Notes under the pieces: model-generated
Told to the model about the DNA's origin: nothing
The model's input: only the letters and a program-made list of their open reading frames with translations
Databases searched by the model: none
Origin: Leptolyngbyaceae cyanobacterium
GTDB lineage: Bacteria; Cyanobacteriota; Cyanobacteriia; Phormidesmidales; Phormidesmidaceae
Assembly (NCBI GenBank): GCA_965263355.1
Contig: CBDHHL010000056.1
Coordinates: 2,016,001 to 2,080,000 of the forward strand
Reading direction: 5' to 3'
Length of the DNA stretch: 64,000 bases
Translations under genes and position numbers: made by a program
Shown: piece by piece, positions 10,875 through 21,923 of the stretch
Position numbering within the stretch: position 1 is the first letter of the stretch
Layout of the letters: each line of letters begins with the position of its first letter

Positions 10875-11678
10875 TCATGGCTGAACGGCTTCCCAATGGG
10901 GGGAATGCATGGGCGAAGCTTGAGCTAATACTTCATAGAGATTGACAACACGGCCAATAATTGCGATCGCAGGTGCCTGAAACTGCTGCTCCTTCACTTG
11001 CTGAACAATCGTAGCCAATGTACCGATGAGTTCTTCCTGCTCAGGTCGCGTTCCCCATCGCACTAACGCAACGGGTGTCGCCGCTTCCATCCCTGCCGCC
11101 ATTAGTTCCGACACAATGTTTGGCAAATTATGCACCCCCATATAAATCACGATAGTCTCTGAACCATGGGCCAGCGCCGACCAGTTTACCTGAGGACGAT
11201 ATTTACCAGCTGACTCATGCCCTGTGACAAAGGTAACCGATGAACTGTAATGACGGTGAGTCACCGGGATACCTGCATAGGCCGGAGCCGCAATTCCAGC
11301 CGTAATCCCTGGCACCACCTCCACATCAATGCCAGCATCCAATAGCCCCATCATCTCTTCACCACCACGGCCAAAGACAAATGGATCACCGCCTTTAAGT
11401 CTGACCACAACCGCATTGTCCTTAGCTTGGTCAATCAAAAGCTGAGTAATTTCATCCTGAACCATAGAATGACGACCGCGACGCTTGCCCGCATCAATCA
11501 CTTGGGAATGTCTACCAATCATTGCCAAAATCGGTGGACTGACCAGAGCATCATGAATAACCACGTCCGCATGCTCTAAAAGCCCTTTAGCCTTTAAGGT
11601 TAATAACCCTGGATCACCTGGACCAGCGCCCACTAAATAAACTTTGCCAAATGTAGCCTGAGTAAGCGAATGGGACAT
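10875..11678 (-). CDS. cobA: Uroporphyrinogen-III C-methyltransferase
   Basis: VYLVGAGPGDPGLLT, RLKGGDPFVFGRGGEE, VPGITAG. Confidence 0.95.
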   Translation of the reverse strand: MSHSLTQATFGKVYLVGAGPGDPGLLTLKAKGLLEHADVVIHDALVSPPILAMIGRHSQVIDAGKRRGRHSMVQDEITQLLIDQAKDNAVVVRLKGGDPFVFGRGGEEMMGLLDAGIDVEVVPGITAGIAAPAYAGIPVTHRHYSSSVTFVTGHESAGKYRPQVNWSALAHGSETIVIYMGVHNLPNIVSELMAAGMEAATPVALVRWGTRPEQEELIGTLATIVQQVKEQQFQAPAIAIIGRVVNLYEVLAQASPMHSPHWEAVQP

Positions 11679-11824
11679 GTCAGCTGTAAGGGGATGGAAT
11701 ACGGTTTATTTTGACTAAGCTACCCCAGTGCTTATTGCCAAACTTGATACAGCATCGGGCTGCATCAATTCATCAATACTTAAGATATCCTTAACCTTAA
11801 GCTATAACCGTCCCTTCTCCCGAC

Positions 11825-12763
11825 CTAAAACATAGACTCTTCAGGACAAGCATCATAGTGAGATATGCTATGGCCCAAAGTAGTCACGACCAAATTCGCT
11901 AAATCTCCCGTTGCTCCCAAAGGTGGCAATAATCGAAAATTCGTTCTCGGGAAACGTTCAGCCAATTCTTCAGTCAAATGGGCAATCCCATCCGTAATCC
12001 CACCCGAAAATAAAAAATAAGGGAAAATCGTCAATGTTGAACACCCTTGTTGCATTAGATAAATCGTCTGGTTTTCGATATCAGACTCGTTTGTCCAATA
12101 AGCAACCGCTGTCCCTAAAGACTTTGCCAGATTATCCACACCTCGGTTACCTCTAGCTCGGCGGCTGCCGTGGGCAACAATCAAACGTCCCGACTCAGGG
12201 GAATGGAAAAATCGATTTGCCATCAGATTAGGCATGCCTTGGGCACCCCCAATATGCTCGCCTATCTCTAATTCGATCAAACCATCTAACTCCTCTCGGG
12301 CCATTTCCACCTGCTCAGGAATGTCCTGCATCACATGCTTACCCCTCAGCAAAAAGAGTGGCACTAAGTGTAACCGCTCGATTCCCGCTGAATGCAGCCG
12401 TCGACCAAATTCATAAATTTGCTGATTTAGAGGCAAGAGCCCAAAATCTAATACCGCCGTACCTACAATAAACCGGTCCTGAGGTAAACGCATCGGAGCC
12501 GTCAACGTTTTAGTCACCCTAGGAATAGCAGTCACCACTGATCCTAGGGTTCGTTTGGGCAAATTATTTTGCCCCTCAAACACCGCCGTCGTAGATAAAA
12601 AGCGTTCAGTTATCAGTGGTTCAAACCCATGAGCACTACTCCATGGGTTCACCAAAGCTGGATTAAGTCGCTCCCTAATTAACTGAGCTAGTCGATTGAT
12701 CGCTACCTGATGGCGTGGGTCACGACTACCGTGGGAAATTAAAAGATAGGCTGTAGATGTCAC
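11825..12763 (-). CDS. cbiX: Sirohydrochlorin chelatase (CbiX/SirB family)
   Basis: Two HGSR domains, VPLFLLRGKHVMQDIP, PYFLFSGG; GTG start; upstream of cobA. Confidence 0.8.
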   Translation of the reverse strand: MTSTAYLLISHGSRDPRHQVAINRLAQLIRERLNPALVNPWSSAHGFEPLITERFLSTTAVFEGQNNLPKRTLGSVVTAIPRVTKTLTAPMRLPQDRFIVGTAVLDFGLLPLNQQIYEFGRRLHSAGIERLHLVPLFLLRGKHVMQDIPEQVEMAREELDGLIELEIGEHIGGAQGMPNLMANRFFHSPESGRLIVAHGSRRARGNRGVDNLAKSLGTAVAYWTNESDIENQTIYLMQQGCSTLTIFPYFLFSGGITDGIAHLTEELAERFPRTNFRLLPPLGATGDLANLVVTTLGHSISHYDACPEESMF

Positions 12764-13286
12764 GAGAAGCTTTAAATAAAACTGTCAGGATTAAATGAAA
12801 CCGGTCAAAGGCCGGGGCGATGCCCAAGTTTGTGTCAAAGAGCAAAAATGAGCAAACGTTAAAACCGTTTAAGCGTATCAATCTACCAATAAACCGACCC
12901 CTTAGTCGTCAGCCCACTAGTGGAACAGCTCAACGTCAAGGAACTACCAATATTCCTCTGAGATAAACGGTTTTGAAACTCCACACACTTTAAGTCCACA
13001 CATTCTTCGTCACGTTGCCGGAATAACGCCTCTAGGCAACATCAAGGTTTTTAATTTACAAACGAACTGCTACAGATATGACTCATCCTGATAGTTTTCA
13101 CGGATTCTGACCATAATTCTGTTGTAATTAATGCCATTTTCATCATTCCCTCGTTTTTTATTAACGAAGTTCGAGGCCGTGCTTAGTAAACCCATCCCCG
13201 TTAATGGTTAACCTTTGAGCAGCAGAAATATTCGAAAAAACCATGTAATCCATTAACAGGGATGATATTATAGAATTCCAAAACAC

Positions 13287-13360
13287 GGCGAGCGTAGCCA
13301 AGTGGTTAAGGCAGTGGATTGTGGTTCCACCATTCGGGGGTTCGAGTCCCCTCGTTCGCC
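13287..13360 (+). tRNA. tRNA-His(GUG), CCA not encoded
   Basis: G-1 plus acceptor GCGAGCG/CGTTCGC, anticodon stem GTGGA/TCCAC with loop TTGTGGT, T-loop TTCGAGT, discriminator C. Confidence 0.97.
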
Positions 13361-13687
13361 CTATTTTTAGCAGCAGCTAAAAATGTTTAACCTAACTACT
13401 AATCTAAATCTATCGGTTAGCAGCTAAGTTTGATGTGAGGGGTGAAACCTCTCGCCCAGAAAATGGAACTTATCATTACTATAAAGTTGCTCGTAGATTC
13501 TTAAGAGATTCTATTGAGAGAATGGCGAACAATTCTCTTCTCAAAACTTAGCCTTAGCAAAAACCATTACGAGCATAAAGAGGATTCAGGCTAGTTTTTG
13601 TTGCCTAGGCTGACTTTTTGTAGCGCTGCTTCCTCTAATTTGGGGCTTCGTAGACTTTTCGCAACAATCTTACTTTCACCACATAGA

Positions 13688-14010
13688 ATGAAGAGTTCTA
13701 ATTTTAGAGAACCGGACAAATCATCTGATGTCATCCAATTCCAAAATCACAGATTTTAACTACTCGCACAATCGCCGCTAAAGCATTTGAAGACGATCCA
13801 GTCTTACTTATATAAATCTCTGACGATTGAGAATGTCGGCTGCAGTCTTTGACTTGGTTAATAAGTAAAGTGATTGCGTAGTCTACTCAGTACAATCATG
13901 TTTATACAACCCAAGATTTAAAAGGAATTGCCGCCTGGTTACAACCAGGAAAACTCTTTAACAATCCACTTCAGTTATTGAAGATGGCTTGGAATCTTCA
14001 ACTGAATTTA
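13688..14010 (+). pseudogene. Decayed GNAT acetyltransferase
   Basis: Fragments IAAKAFEDDPV and YNHVYTTQDLKGIAAWLQPG separated by stops and frameshifts; C-terminal half not recognisable. Confidence 0.65.
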
Positions 14011-14865
14011 ACGGCATTCCCAATGGGTTAACAATTTTCTCTCCGCTATCAACAATTTAGCAATGTGATATCAAAAAGACCGGACTGCTCGATTAGATTG
14101 GGGTATTAAATTAATTTCTATAGGAGGTAATCATGACTCTCCACAAGAAAACGGTCTATCTTTCACACTCCAGGATCCATTCTTTTAACATTTATTATGC
14201 ATAACACTCTCACCTGTAAGACCGCCTATGTCACAGGCTCCTGCCCAAAGTCTCTATGAATTAGCGGGCTGCAGCGACCTTACAACGAAGACTTGCGACG
14301 ATGTTGTGAGGTGCGTCTTGGAGCTAGCACAAACAGAAGTAAGACGTAGATCAAGACACTTAAACCTACATAAGTAGAAATACTATCTTGTCCACTATGA
14401 CTCATCACTACAGACGATTTTGATGAAGCTAAAGCAACTTGTGTTTCCATAGCGACTATTAAGCCTCCAGTATTGTTTACAGAAATGTCAAGACATAATC
14501 ATTACTACCGATGGGGCAACCTTAAAATGCACAAATCACATGCCAAACACAACAGACTTCGCCATATCATTTGGCCTCACTTTTGAATGAGCCATTTTTA
14601 AACCTTAAGATAACCAGGAATGGCAGAGTGACTGAAGAATATAGATGAATCTACTCACACCATAAATTATTGATGTGAATGTGATGCTTTTTGCCATATT
14701 GCTTAATATGTTGCATACATATTTTAAATGAAAAGCAAATAAAACTGACATTTCTTGGATGGTTAGGACGATCAGAAAATGTCATTCTCTAAATAACAAA
14801 ACCCATATATATCAGTATATAGAGCAACCTATAATCAGGTGTTTTACTACTCATCACATAATTCT

Positions 14866-14916
14866 ATTAAAAAATCAACCGAGATTTTTCTGATTGATTA
14901 AAAAATCAACCGAGAT
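14866..14916. repeat. 20-bp direct repeat ATTAAAAAATCAACCGAGAT x2
   Basis: Identical copies at 14866 and 14897. Confidence 0.85.
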
Positions 14917-15318
14917 GAGATTTTTATGTTGTTAGTGAGTACTTAGTAACCATTTAGTGAGCATTTTATAAATTTATTAACGCCAACCCATGAAACGAGC
15001 GGCTCTGCAAAATCTTCCAAGCAGATTGTTGAATTTTCTGCTGTTTACATTAATTGGTGGGATCTGTTTCACCAATCCCCTGCGCTAGATCCACCAGCAG
15101 TTGTTCTACATCTTGAACAAGCTGAGGGACATTATAGCCAGGGTCTATATCGTATTTTTTGGAATAGATATTTGATGGCCCCATGTATCTTCATAGCTGT
15201 GGCCAGTGATACCTATGCGATGAATATCGCCTAACAGATTCCCCAATATTGGGAAATTGATGTATCCTGGCTGGGACAATTGGTAGCAAGCCTGGATTAG
15301 AAAGCTTTACAGGGTCAC

Positions 15319-16680
15319 ATGGCACAAATTTTTATCTCGGCAGGCCACGGTGGGTTTGAAAATGGGGTCCTCGATTCTGGGGCAAAGGTTGATGGCGTCA
15401 CCGAAGCTCAAGAAATGATTAGCATTCGGGACTTGATCGTTCCGGAGTTGCGATCGCGAGGTTTCAAAGTCCTTTCTGTCCCAGATGACCTTAGCCTACA
15501 GGACAGCATTAGCTGGATCAATGCCCGCAGCCGTAGCGGTGATATCGCCTTAGAGATTCATGTAGGAGCCTTTCAAAATACTGACGTACGAGGGGCCACC
15601 GCCTATTACATTGCCATCAACGAGGCCCGCAAATCCCATGCGGAACTAATGTTACTAGCTCTGCTACGTCGTGTACCGCAGTTGCCAAGCCGAGGGGCCA
15701 AACCCGACACAGCTGCAGGCATGGGACGACTTGCGTTTTGTCGCCTGGTAGCCCCACCTTCAATTTTGATGGAGCTGGGATATCTAAGCAATGAGCGAGA
15801 TCGCAACCTTTTGCTCAGCCGACGTCGAGAATTTGCCCTGGGTTTAGCCGATGGCCTGGCCTCCTGGAGTCGGGCCATTGGCAATGTGCCCCCCACCAGA
15901 CCGTCCGAGGCCCAATTCCCAACCATCAATATCAGCATTAACGGTGGTCCCTATGACGAAAAAGGCATTATCATCAGTCACAATTCCTATGTGCCAATTG
16001 ATCTAGCTGACAGTTTGGGCATTGATTTAGCCAACAACCAAGACATTGTTAAAGTGCGTTACGGCAATGTGGTTTATATCAAAACCGTTGACCTGCGAGA
16101 ATTCAACATTTCCATTGGCTGGGATGCCGCTAGTCGCACGGTCCAATTGAAGACCCAGTCAGCCCTTGGCATGTGCCCTATCAATCATATTATGGGCCCT
16201 GGTCGTACCTATAAAACTGGAACAAGCCTAATGATGTTCCTAAAAAACAACAATGAAAAGGCGCTGCGTGATTTCCCTGACCTACATAAGATGTACCTTG
16301 ATGAAGCAGAAGGGGAAGGGGTCAATTGGGATATCGCATTTTGCCAAATGTGTTTAGAAACCTCCTTTCTACGCTTTGATAGCGCAGTCAAAGCATCGCA
16401 AAACAACTTTGCTAGCCTTGGTGACCAGCTCGGTAGTCCAACCGGGGCATCGTTCCCGAGTGCCCGTCTTGGTGTCAGGGCTCACATCCAACATCTCAAG
16501 GCCTATGGCAGCAAAGAACCCTTAGTTGCCGCCCTGGTGGATCCACGCTTTCGATTAGTTACCCGAGGAAGTGCGACCGAAGTCGAACAATTAAGTGGCC
16601 GTTGGGCCGCTGACCCTTTCTATGGCGAGAAAATCATGGCTATGGTAAGACGGCTTTATGAATCTGCAAAACTACTGTAA
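15319..16680 (+). CDS. N-acetylmuramoyl-L-alanine amidase + glucosaminidase fusion (TftA-like)
   Basis: Amidase_3 motifs ISAGHGG, EIH, LMELGYLSN; C-terminal AFCQMCLETSFL/QNNFASLG, AHIQHLKAY, WAADPFYG. Confidence 0.85.
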   Translation: MAQIFISAGHGGFENGVLDSGAKVDGVTEAQEMISIRDLIVPELRSRGFKVLSVPDDLSLQDSISWINARSRSGDIALEIHVGAFQNTDVRGATAYYIAINEARKSHAELMLLALLRRVPQLPSRGAKPDTAAGMGRLAFCRLVAPPSILMELGYLSNERDRNLLLSRRREFALGLADGLASWSRAIGNVPPTRPSEAQFPTINISINGGPYDEKGIIISHNSYVPIDLADSLGIDLANNQDIVKVRYGNVVYIKTVDLREFNISIGWDAASRTVQLKTQSALGMCPINHIMGPGRTYKTGTSLMMFLKNNNEKALRDFPDLHKMYLDEAEGEGVNWDIAFCQMCLETSFLRFDSAVKASQNNFASLGDQLGSPTGASFPSARLGVRAHIQHLKAYGSKEPLVAALVDPRFRLVTRGSATEVEQLSGRWAADPFYGEKIMAMVRRLYESAKLL

Positions 16681-16856
16681 GGGGAAGCGTATCAAGAATG
16701 CGTACATGCCCCCACAAGCTGTTAATATTCATGATTAACGCCCATTGGCAAACTGTCACATACAAACTGGCATATATATCCCTGTAGAGACTATTCTTTT
16801 GGCATCTGCTTAGGTTCTAATGCTGTTCATCATCGATCATCTTAGAACTCGTCAAT

Positions 16857-16929
16857 TAAATCTTGTCCACGTCCAGGACGGTCATTTTTCCGTAGAAGAA
16901 CCTACAGGTTTTAGCTTGGACGTGGTTTA
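16857..16929. mobile_element. MITE-like dispersed element, copy 1
   Basis: TAAA-CTTGTCCACGTCCA...CTACAGGTTT...TGGACGTGGTTTA; homologous to 25291 and 44493. Confidence 0.65.
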
Positions 16930-16957
16930 TGTCTTCTGGAACTCCTGACCATCTGCC

Positions 16958-18094
16958 ATGACTCGTAACTCTACTTGGCCTCTCAGATTGCTTACCCTTA
17001 GCCGTCACAGTTGGTGGGGGGCTCTCCTATGGTTGTTGTGGGTTTTACCCGCCCATGCTGTCGAACTGAGAATTGCGATTCGCCAAAGTGCCAATCAGGT
17101 ACAGATTGGCTCCTCTACTACGGGCATTATCCGCAATAGTCGTGGGCAGGCAATTATGCAACTGCCTGAACTCCTCCCCATCAATGTGGATAGAGATGGT
17201 AGCAGTCTGGAACTAACCGATGGCTATGATGAGTTTGGTCAATCTAGTGCCTTTTGGCTAGAGCCCTCTGATGGCGGTGTAGTCTGGATTGGAGACCGCT
17301 GGTATCGGGGGACAGTGCAGCTCATACCCGATAATGGCGGTGTCACTGCGATTAACTATGTCGATATTGACGACTATCTCTACAGCGTTGTCGGTAGTGA
17401 AATGCCAGCAAGTTGGCCCCAGGAGGCATTGCGATCGCAAGCCGTTGCAGCTCGCTCCTATGCCCTTTACAAAAAGGACAAAGCCTATGGTCAGGCTTAT
17501 GATCTCAAAAACAATCAATCTTCTCAGGTTTACAAAGGTTTAGACGGTGAAGCTACCACTACACAAGCTGCTGTAGATGCAACTCAGGGCAAGGTTCTGA
17601 CCTACGATGGCAAAGTCATCGAAGCAGTCTTCCATTCATCGTCTGGTGGCCACACAGAAAATTCTGAACATGTATGGTCTAAGGCAGTACCCTATCTCAA
17701 AGGGGTACCGGACTTTGACCAAAATGCACCGGTTTACAGCTGGCGTGCTCAGTTTTCCCTGGAAGAAGTCGGCCAACGCATTGGCTATCCTGGCACCATT
17801 GAAGCAGTGGAAGTGCTCAGCCGCACTCCCCAGGGCCGCGCCAATCGCATGCTCATCATTGGCAATGAGGGCACACTTACGATTACAGGTAATACGTTCC
17901 GCCAGAAGCTGAGCCTACGCAGCACCAAGTTTGACCTTGCTGTTAGTCCCACAAGCATTTCGGTCGCTGGCAATGGCTTTGGTCACGGTATTGGTATGAG
18001 CCAATGGGGGGCTCGCGGCATGGCCGAGCGTGGCGAAGCGTACACCGATATTCTCACGCATTTTTACAAGGGTATCCGGCTGGGCTCCATGTAA
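16958..18094 (+). CDS. SpoIID/LytB domain lytic transglycosylase
   Basis: YLYSVVGSEMPASWPQEALRSQAVAARSYA, QVYKG, FHSSSGGHTE, GFGHGIGMSQWGA; signal peptide. Confidence 0.92.
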   Translation: MTRNSTWPLRLLTLSRHSWWGALLWLLWVLPAHAVELRIAIRQSANQVQIGSSTTGIIRNSRGQAIMQLPELLPINVDRDGSSLELTDGYDEFGQSSAFWLEPSDGGVVWIGDRWYRGTVQLIPDNGGVTAINYVDIDDYLYSVVGSEMPASWPQEALRSQAVAARSYALYKKDKAYGQAYDLKNNQSSQVYKGLDGEATTTQAAVDATQGKVLTYDGKVIEAVFHSSSGGHTENSEHVWSKAVPYLKGVPDFDQNAPVYSWRAQFSLEEVGQRIGYPGTIEAVEVLSRTPQGRANRMLIIGNEGTLTITGNTFRQKLSLRSTKFDLAVSPTSISVAGNGFGHGIGMSQWGARGMAERGEAYTDILTHFYKGIRLGSM

Positions 18095-18165
18095 TGAAAG
18101 AATGTTTTATGAAATAGACGCAATTTAAGCCCCTACTACTCTAATAGCCCCTACTACTCAATGCC

Positions 18166-20013
18166 CTATAGCTTTGTACCACACTCAGAGCAAAACTTAT
18201 GGGTTGCCTTATTATCAGCACCACAGCTATTGCAATGAATCACTTCAATCGGTCGCTTAGTAGCAGGCTCAGCTAAACCAATCATCTGGGAATTGTTTTT
18301 ACCTGGTGGCACCATGGGATAACAGTTTTCATCCCGGCGCACCCACACATCTAACAACACCGGACCATCGTGGGCCAACATTTGATCGATTGCCTGGTTT
18401 AACTGATCAGGAGATTTTACAACCATCCCTTTGACACCAAAGGCGTCAGCTAGCTTCTCAAAATCAGGCATTCCGACTTCCATATTGGAAGACGCATAGC
18501 GCTCACCGTAAAAGCCCTGCTGCCACTGACGCACCATACCCTGCCAGCCATTGTTAATAATGACCGTTTTAACCTTGATATTGTACTGGGCCAGGGTGGC
18601 CAACTCCTGCAGGTTCATCTGAAAACTAGCATCACCGCTAATGCAAATCACCTGATTGTCACCAACTGCCACTTGCACCCCCATAGCCGCTGGCATACCG
18701 TACCCCATGGTGCCAAGGCCTGCACTAGAGATCCACTGACGAGGCCCATTCTGAAGAAACTGAGCTGCCCACATCTGATGCTGCCCCACATCAGTAGTGT
18801 AGTAAGCATGGGGTGCACGACGACCGACTTCAGCAATCACTTGCTGGGGTGAAAGTTGTTCATCATAGGTTGGAATTATGAGCGGATAGTCAGCTTTCCA
18901 CTGATCGATCCGGGCTCGCCAGGCACCTGTTTGCGCTGGATTGGCAGGCTGCTCTAACCGGGCTAGCAAATCTGTGAGTACATGCTTAACATCACCGACA
19001 ATGGGCACATCTGGCAGGCGACATTTTCCTTGCTCAGCCGGATCAATATCAATGTGAATTACTTTGGCATGTTGAGCAAACTCTTTTAAGTTGCTGGCCA
19101 CTCGATCATCAAAGCGCGCCCCGATGGCGACTAACAAATCGCATTCGCTGACGGCAAAGTTAGCATAGGCTGTACCATGCATACCCAGCATACCGACCGA
19201 CAAAGAATGCTGTTCATCAAAGGCCCCCTTACCCATCAATGTGGTGGTCACAGGAGCTTGAAAATGCTCAGCTAACTTAGCAACTTCCCCATGGGCTCCG
19301 GAAATGACGGCACCACCACCAACATATAACAAGGGTTTTTTGGCTGACTTTAGGAGTGCGATCGCATTAGCAATCTGACGTGGATTACCCCGCGTGGTGG
19401 GCTTATACCCTGGAATAGCAATCGAACGAGGTTCGACCGGCACATAGTCAAACTCTTCTAACCCAACATCCTTAGGTACATCAATCAAAACTGGGCCAGG
19501 ACGACCTGATTGCGCAATATAAAACGCCTCAGCCACAATATTTGCCATTTGACGTGGATCGCGCACCACATAAGAATGCTTAACAATCGGCAACGTAATC
19601 CCAAAGATATCTGTCTCTTGAAACGCGTCGCTACCGATAGAACTCCGGGCTACTTGCCCAGTAATCGCTACCATGGGAACCGAGTCCATCTGAGCCGTCG
19701 CAATACCGGTGACTAAATTAGTTGCGCCAGGACCAGACGTAGCAACACAAACACCCACTTGCCCCGTCGCCCGAGCATAGCCATCTGCCGCATGGGAAGC
19801 CGCCTGCTCATGACGTACCAGAATATGCTGAATTTCCCCCCTCTGTTCTGCCTTGTAGAGTTCGTCATAAACTGGCAAAATCGCCCCACCTGGATAGCCA
19901 AACACATGGCGCACACTATGGCGCACAAGACTATCGATTAGAGCAAAAGCACCAGTCGCTCGCTGAATGACTAAGTTTGCTTTAACAGAAGGCTTTACAG
20001 ACGTCGAGGTCAT
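18166..20013 (-). CDS. ilvB: Acetolactate synthase large subunit
   Basis: [39 protein letters not shown]-terminal zinc ribbon CNSC..CSEC. Confidence 0.96.
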   Translation of the reverse strand: MTSTSVKPSVKANLVIQRATGAFALIDSLVRHSVRHVFGYPGGAILPVYDELYKAEQRGEIQHILVRHEQAASHAADGYARATGQVGVCVATSGPGATNLVTGIATAQMDSVPMVAITGQVARSSIGSDAFQETDIFGITLPIVKHSYVVRDPRQMANIVAEAFYIAQSGRPGPVLIDVPKDVGLEEFDYVPVEPRSIAIPGYKPTTRGNPRQIANAIALLKSAKKPLLYVGGGAVISGAHGEVAKLAEHFQAPVTTTLMGKGAFDEQHSLSVGMLGMHGTAYANFAVSECDLLVAIGARFDDRVASNLKEFAQHAKVIHIDIDPAEQGKCRLPDVPIVGDVKHVLTDLLARLEQPANPAQTGAWRARIDQWKADYPLIIPTYDEQLSPQQVIAEVGRRAPHAYYTTDVGQHQMWAAQFLQNGPRQWISSAGLGTMGYGMPAAMGVQVAVGDNQVICISGDASFQMNLQELATLAQYNIKVKTVIINNGWQGMVRQWQQGFYGERYASSNMEVGMPDFEKLADAFGVKGMVVKSPDQLNQAIDQMLAHDGPVLLDVWVRRDENCYPMVPPGKNNSQMIGLAEPATKRPIEVIHCNSCGADNKATHKFCSECGTKL

Positions 20014-20316
20014 AATTTTGAAGGGCGATCAGAAAATGCGTCAGATGGAAAATGCTAGCTAGAAATCACTGCTGGTGGTTGTCTATTTTACAATCATGAT
20101 TCCAAGGCTTAGCTAATTTTCATAAAAAAACGGTTTTCTGACGCACACTAACTATCTAAAAGCAATAAAAGTAGTCATTTTTTTTGTTGCAGCCAATGTT
20201 TATTAGCTATAAACATTGCATCAGAAATACTTTATGCGTTCAAGGTTCCCACTCATTTACTTAGAGTTTCACCCCTGCTTCACTCCAGTCAACACTTGAT
20301 AACAAAGCTCGATAGC

Positions 20317-20832
20317 TTAACTCGATGACAGTACAGAATAAATAAACTCTAGGGCCGTCATCGAACCCCCTGATTGGCTGATCGATCCAATTCCTTGAGT
20401 TGACTGGGGAGACTGCCAAAGGGTTAGATGATCTACCGCAGGATTAGCATAAAAATAACCTTGGCTCTGATCAGGCGTCGGGAAATAGGTAGTTTGATGG
20501 GTCCACCAATCATGACTCATACGATAAATTACCAAATTGCCCACCAACGGCATACCCCAGCCATCCACTGCCACCAAACGGCTAGTTCCCCCCATCCCTT
20601 GCCAGGCCTTGAGCAATGGATAAGCAACGACTACACCAGCACTGAACGCAATGACGTGTAACAAGCGATCGCACTGAGGCGCATTCGGACTCAGCAACCA
20701 GGGCAACGCTTGGGGAGCTGCCCAAATCGGCAATACCCATAAACGGTCTGGAGTGATCACCCCCAACAGGGCTTGTAAAAAAGCATGGTTTAAATCAACA
20801 GAATGGTAACCAGAACAAATCAGCAGTTGCAT
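20317..20832 (-). CDS. Hypothetical protein, alpha/beta-hydrolase-like
   Basis: IAFSAGVV elbow-like motif, AVDGWGMPL, RMSHDWWTH, VDHLTLW. Confidence 0.6.
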   Translation of the reverse strand: MQLLICSGYHSVDLNHAFLQALLGVITPDRLWVLPIWAAPQALPWLLSPNAPQCDRLLHVIAFSAGVVVAYPLLKAWQGMGGTSRLVAVDGWGMPLVGNLVIYRMSHDWWTHQTTYFPTPDQSQGYFYANPAVDHLTLWQSPQSTQGIGSISQSGGSMTALEFIYSVLSSS

Positions 20833-21258
20833 AGCTACAAAATGCTCCTTTAAACCGCAAAAAAACGATAGCAAGGTAAAAAAACATTGCGATGGTTGTT
20901 AACCATAGTTTATTTACTAGCTGATTTAAGTTGATTTTCCAGACAAATATTGAGTCTTTATTAAAGACGCTACCACCTAGATTCAAGGTGGGAAAAAATA
21001 ATACTAGCCTGAAGCAGGGATCATTCTTACAGAGGCGATCCCCGCGATTAGTCTGAATGATATAAGTCTTGACTCGTGCCATTCAAACTACTTTTGAGCA
21101 TGGATTTTTTTGCGAACATATCTCGTTAAAATTACGGTTGAAATGACATAGTTCTGAGTATTAAACATAGTCACATAGCCAAGATAGTGACATAGCCAAG
21201 ACTCTGCCACCCATGCCCCTGGCTAACTAATCACAATCCAGAATCGGAGATCCTCACG

Positions 21259-21591
21259 ATGGCTAACACCCTTATTAATATCGCACTACCCGTCGTCAAC
21301 GAAATTATCGATGATGTACTGGCCGCTGGGCCTTCGGCTTCCTATCGAGAAACATTTACCAGCTCTGATGATGCTCGCGATCGGTTAGCTACATTTGTGC
21401 TAAGTCGTTTGCCTGCCCGCTATATGACGATTGCTGATAGCGACTGCTCCTTAGAATTTCCCAGAAACTGCTACTCTGCTGAGCAACATCGCCAGATTCG
21501 TCAATTAGTGCATCAAGGGATCCAAAAGGTGTTAGCTCGCCCCGTTTCACCAACACCAGAAACCTTGATTCCCTCCTCTTGGTTCGGTTAA
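21259..21591 (+). CDS. ComFB family protein
   Basis: LINIALPVVNEIIDDVL, LATFVLSRLPARY; GGAGA RBS. Confidence 0.75.
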   Translation: MANTLINIALPVVNEIIDDVLAAGPSASYRETFTSSDDARDRLATFVLSRLPARYMTIADSDCSLEFPRNCYSAEQHRQIRQLVHQGIQKVLARPVSPTPETLIPSSWFG

Positions 21592-21923
21592 TAAGCTGCG
21601 TATCCAGTATCAGTCTCTTAGTCCTAAGCCCTTTATACATCCAACTTTAGGATAATCATGGGGACTATTAAACCGTTTCACCAACGGCATTTATCTTAAA
21701 ATCTGCTTTCAACGTTCGGTTCTACCCCATAGCCATGGGGGGAAGCTTACCAGTAGTCTCTAATTAAGCCTTGTTCATGTTTAGAATTCTAGTTTTTCCG
21801 CTGAGGTTACTCTAGGTTTCAACTTGGACATGGCTGGTGTGGTGCCCGTATCCGCTATTGCTAGCTGATCGCGGGTAGCGCAGGCTATATGCATCTAGGG
21901 GCCAATGGTGGCTAGGGGCCATA

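Noticed and set aside
12764..13260. Cobalamin riboswitch upstream of cbiX-cobA
   Set aside because: No B12-box or GGGAA/GCCACTG core motifs found by eye
18128..18168. GCCCCTACTACTC repeats between spoIID and ilvB
   Set aside because: Ordinary short slippage or REP remnant between convergent genes
20057..20098. ilvB leader peptide MIVNRQPPAVISS (minus strand)
   Set aside because: No run of Ile/Leu/Val codons and no terminator/antiterminator pair
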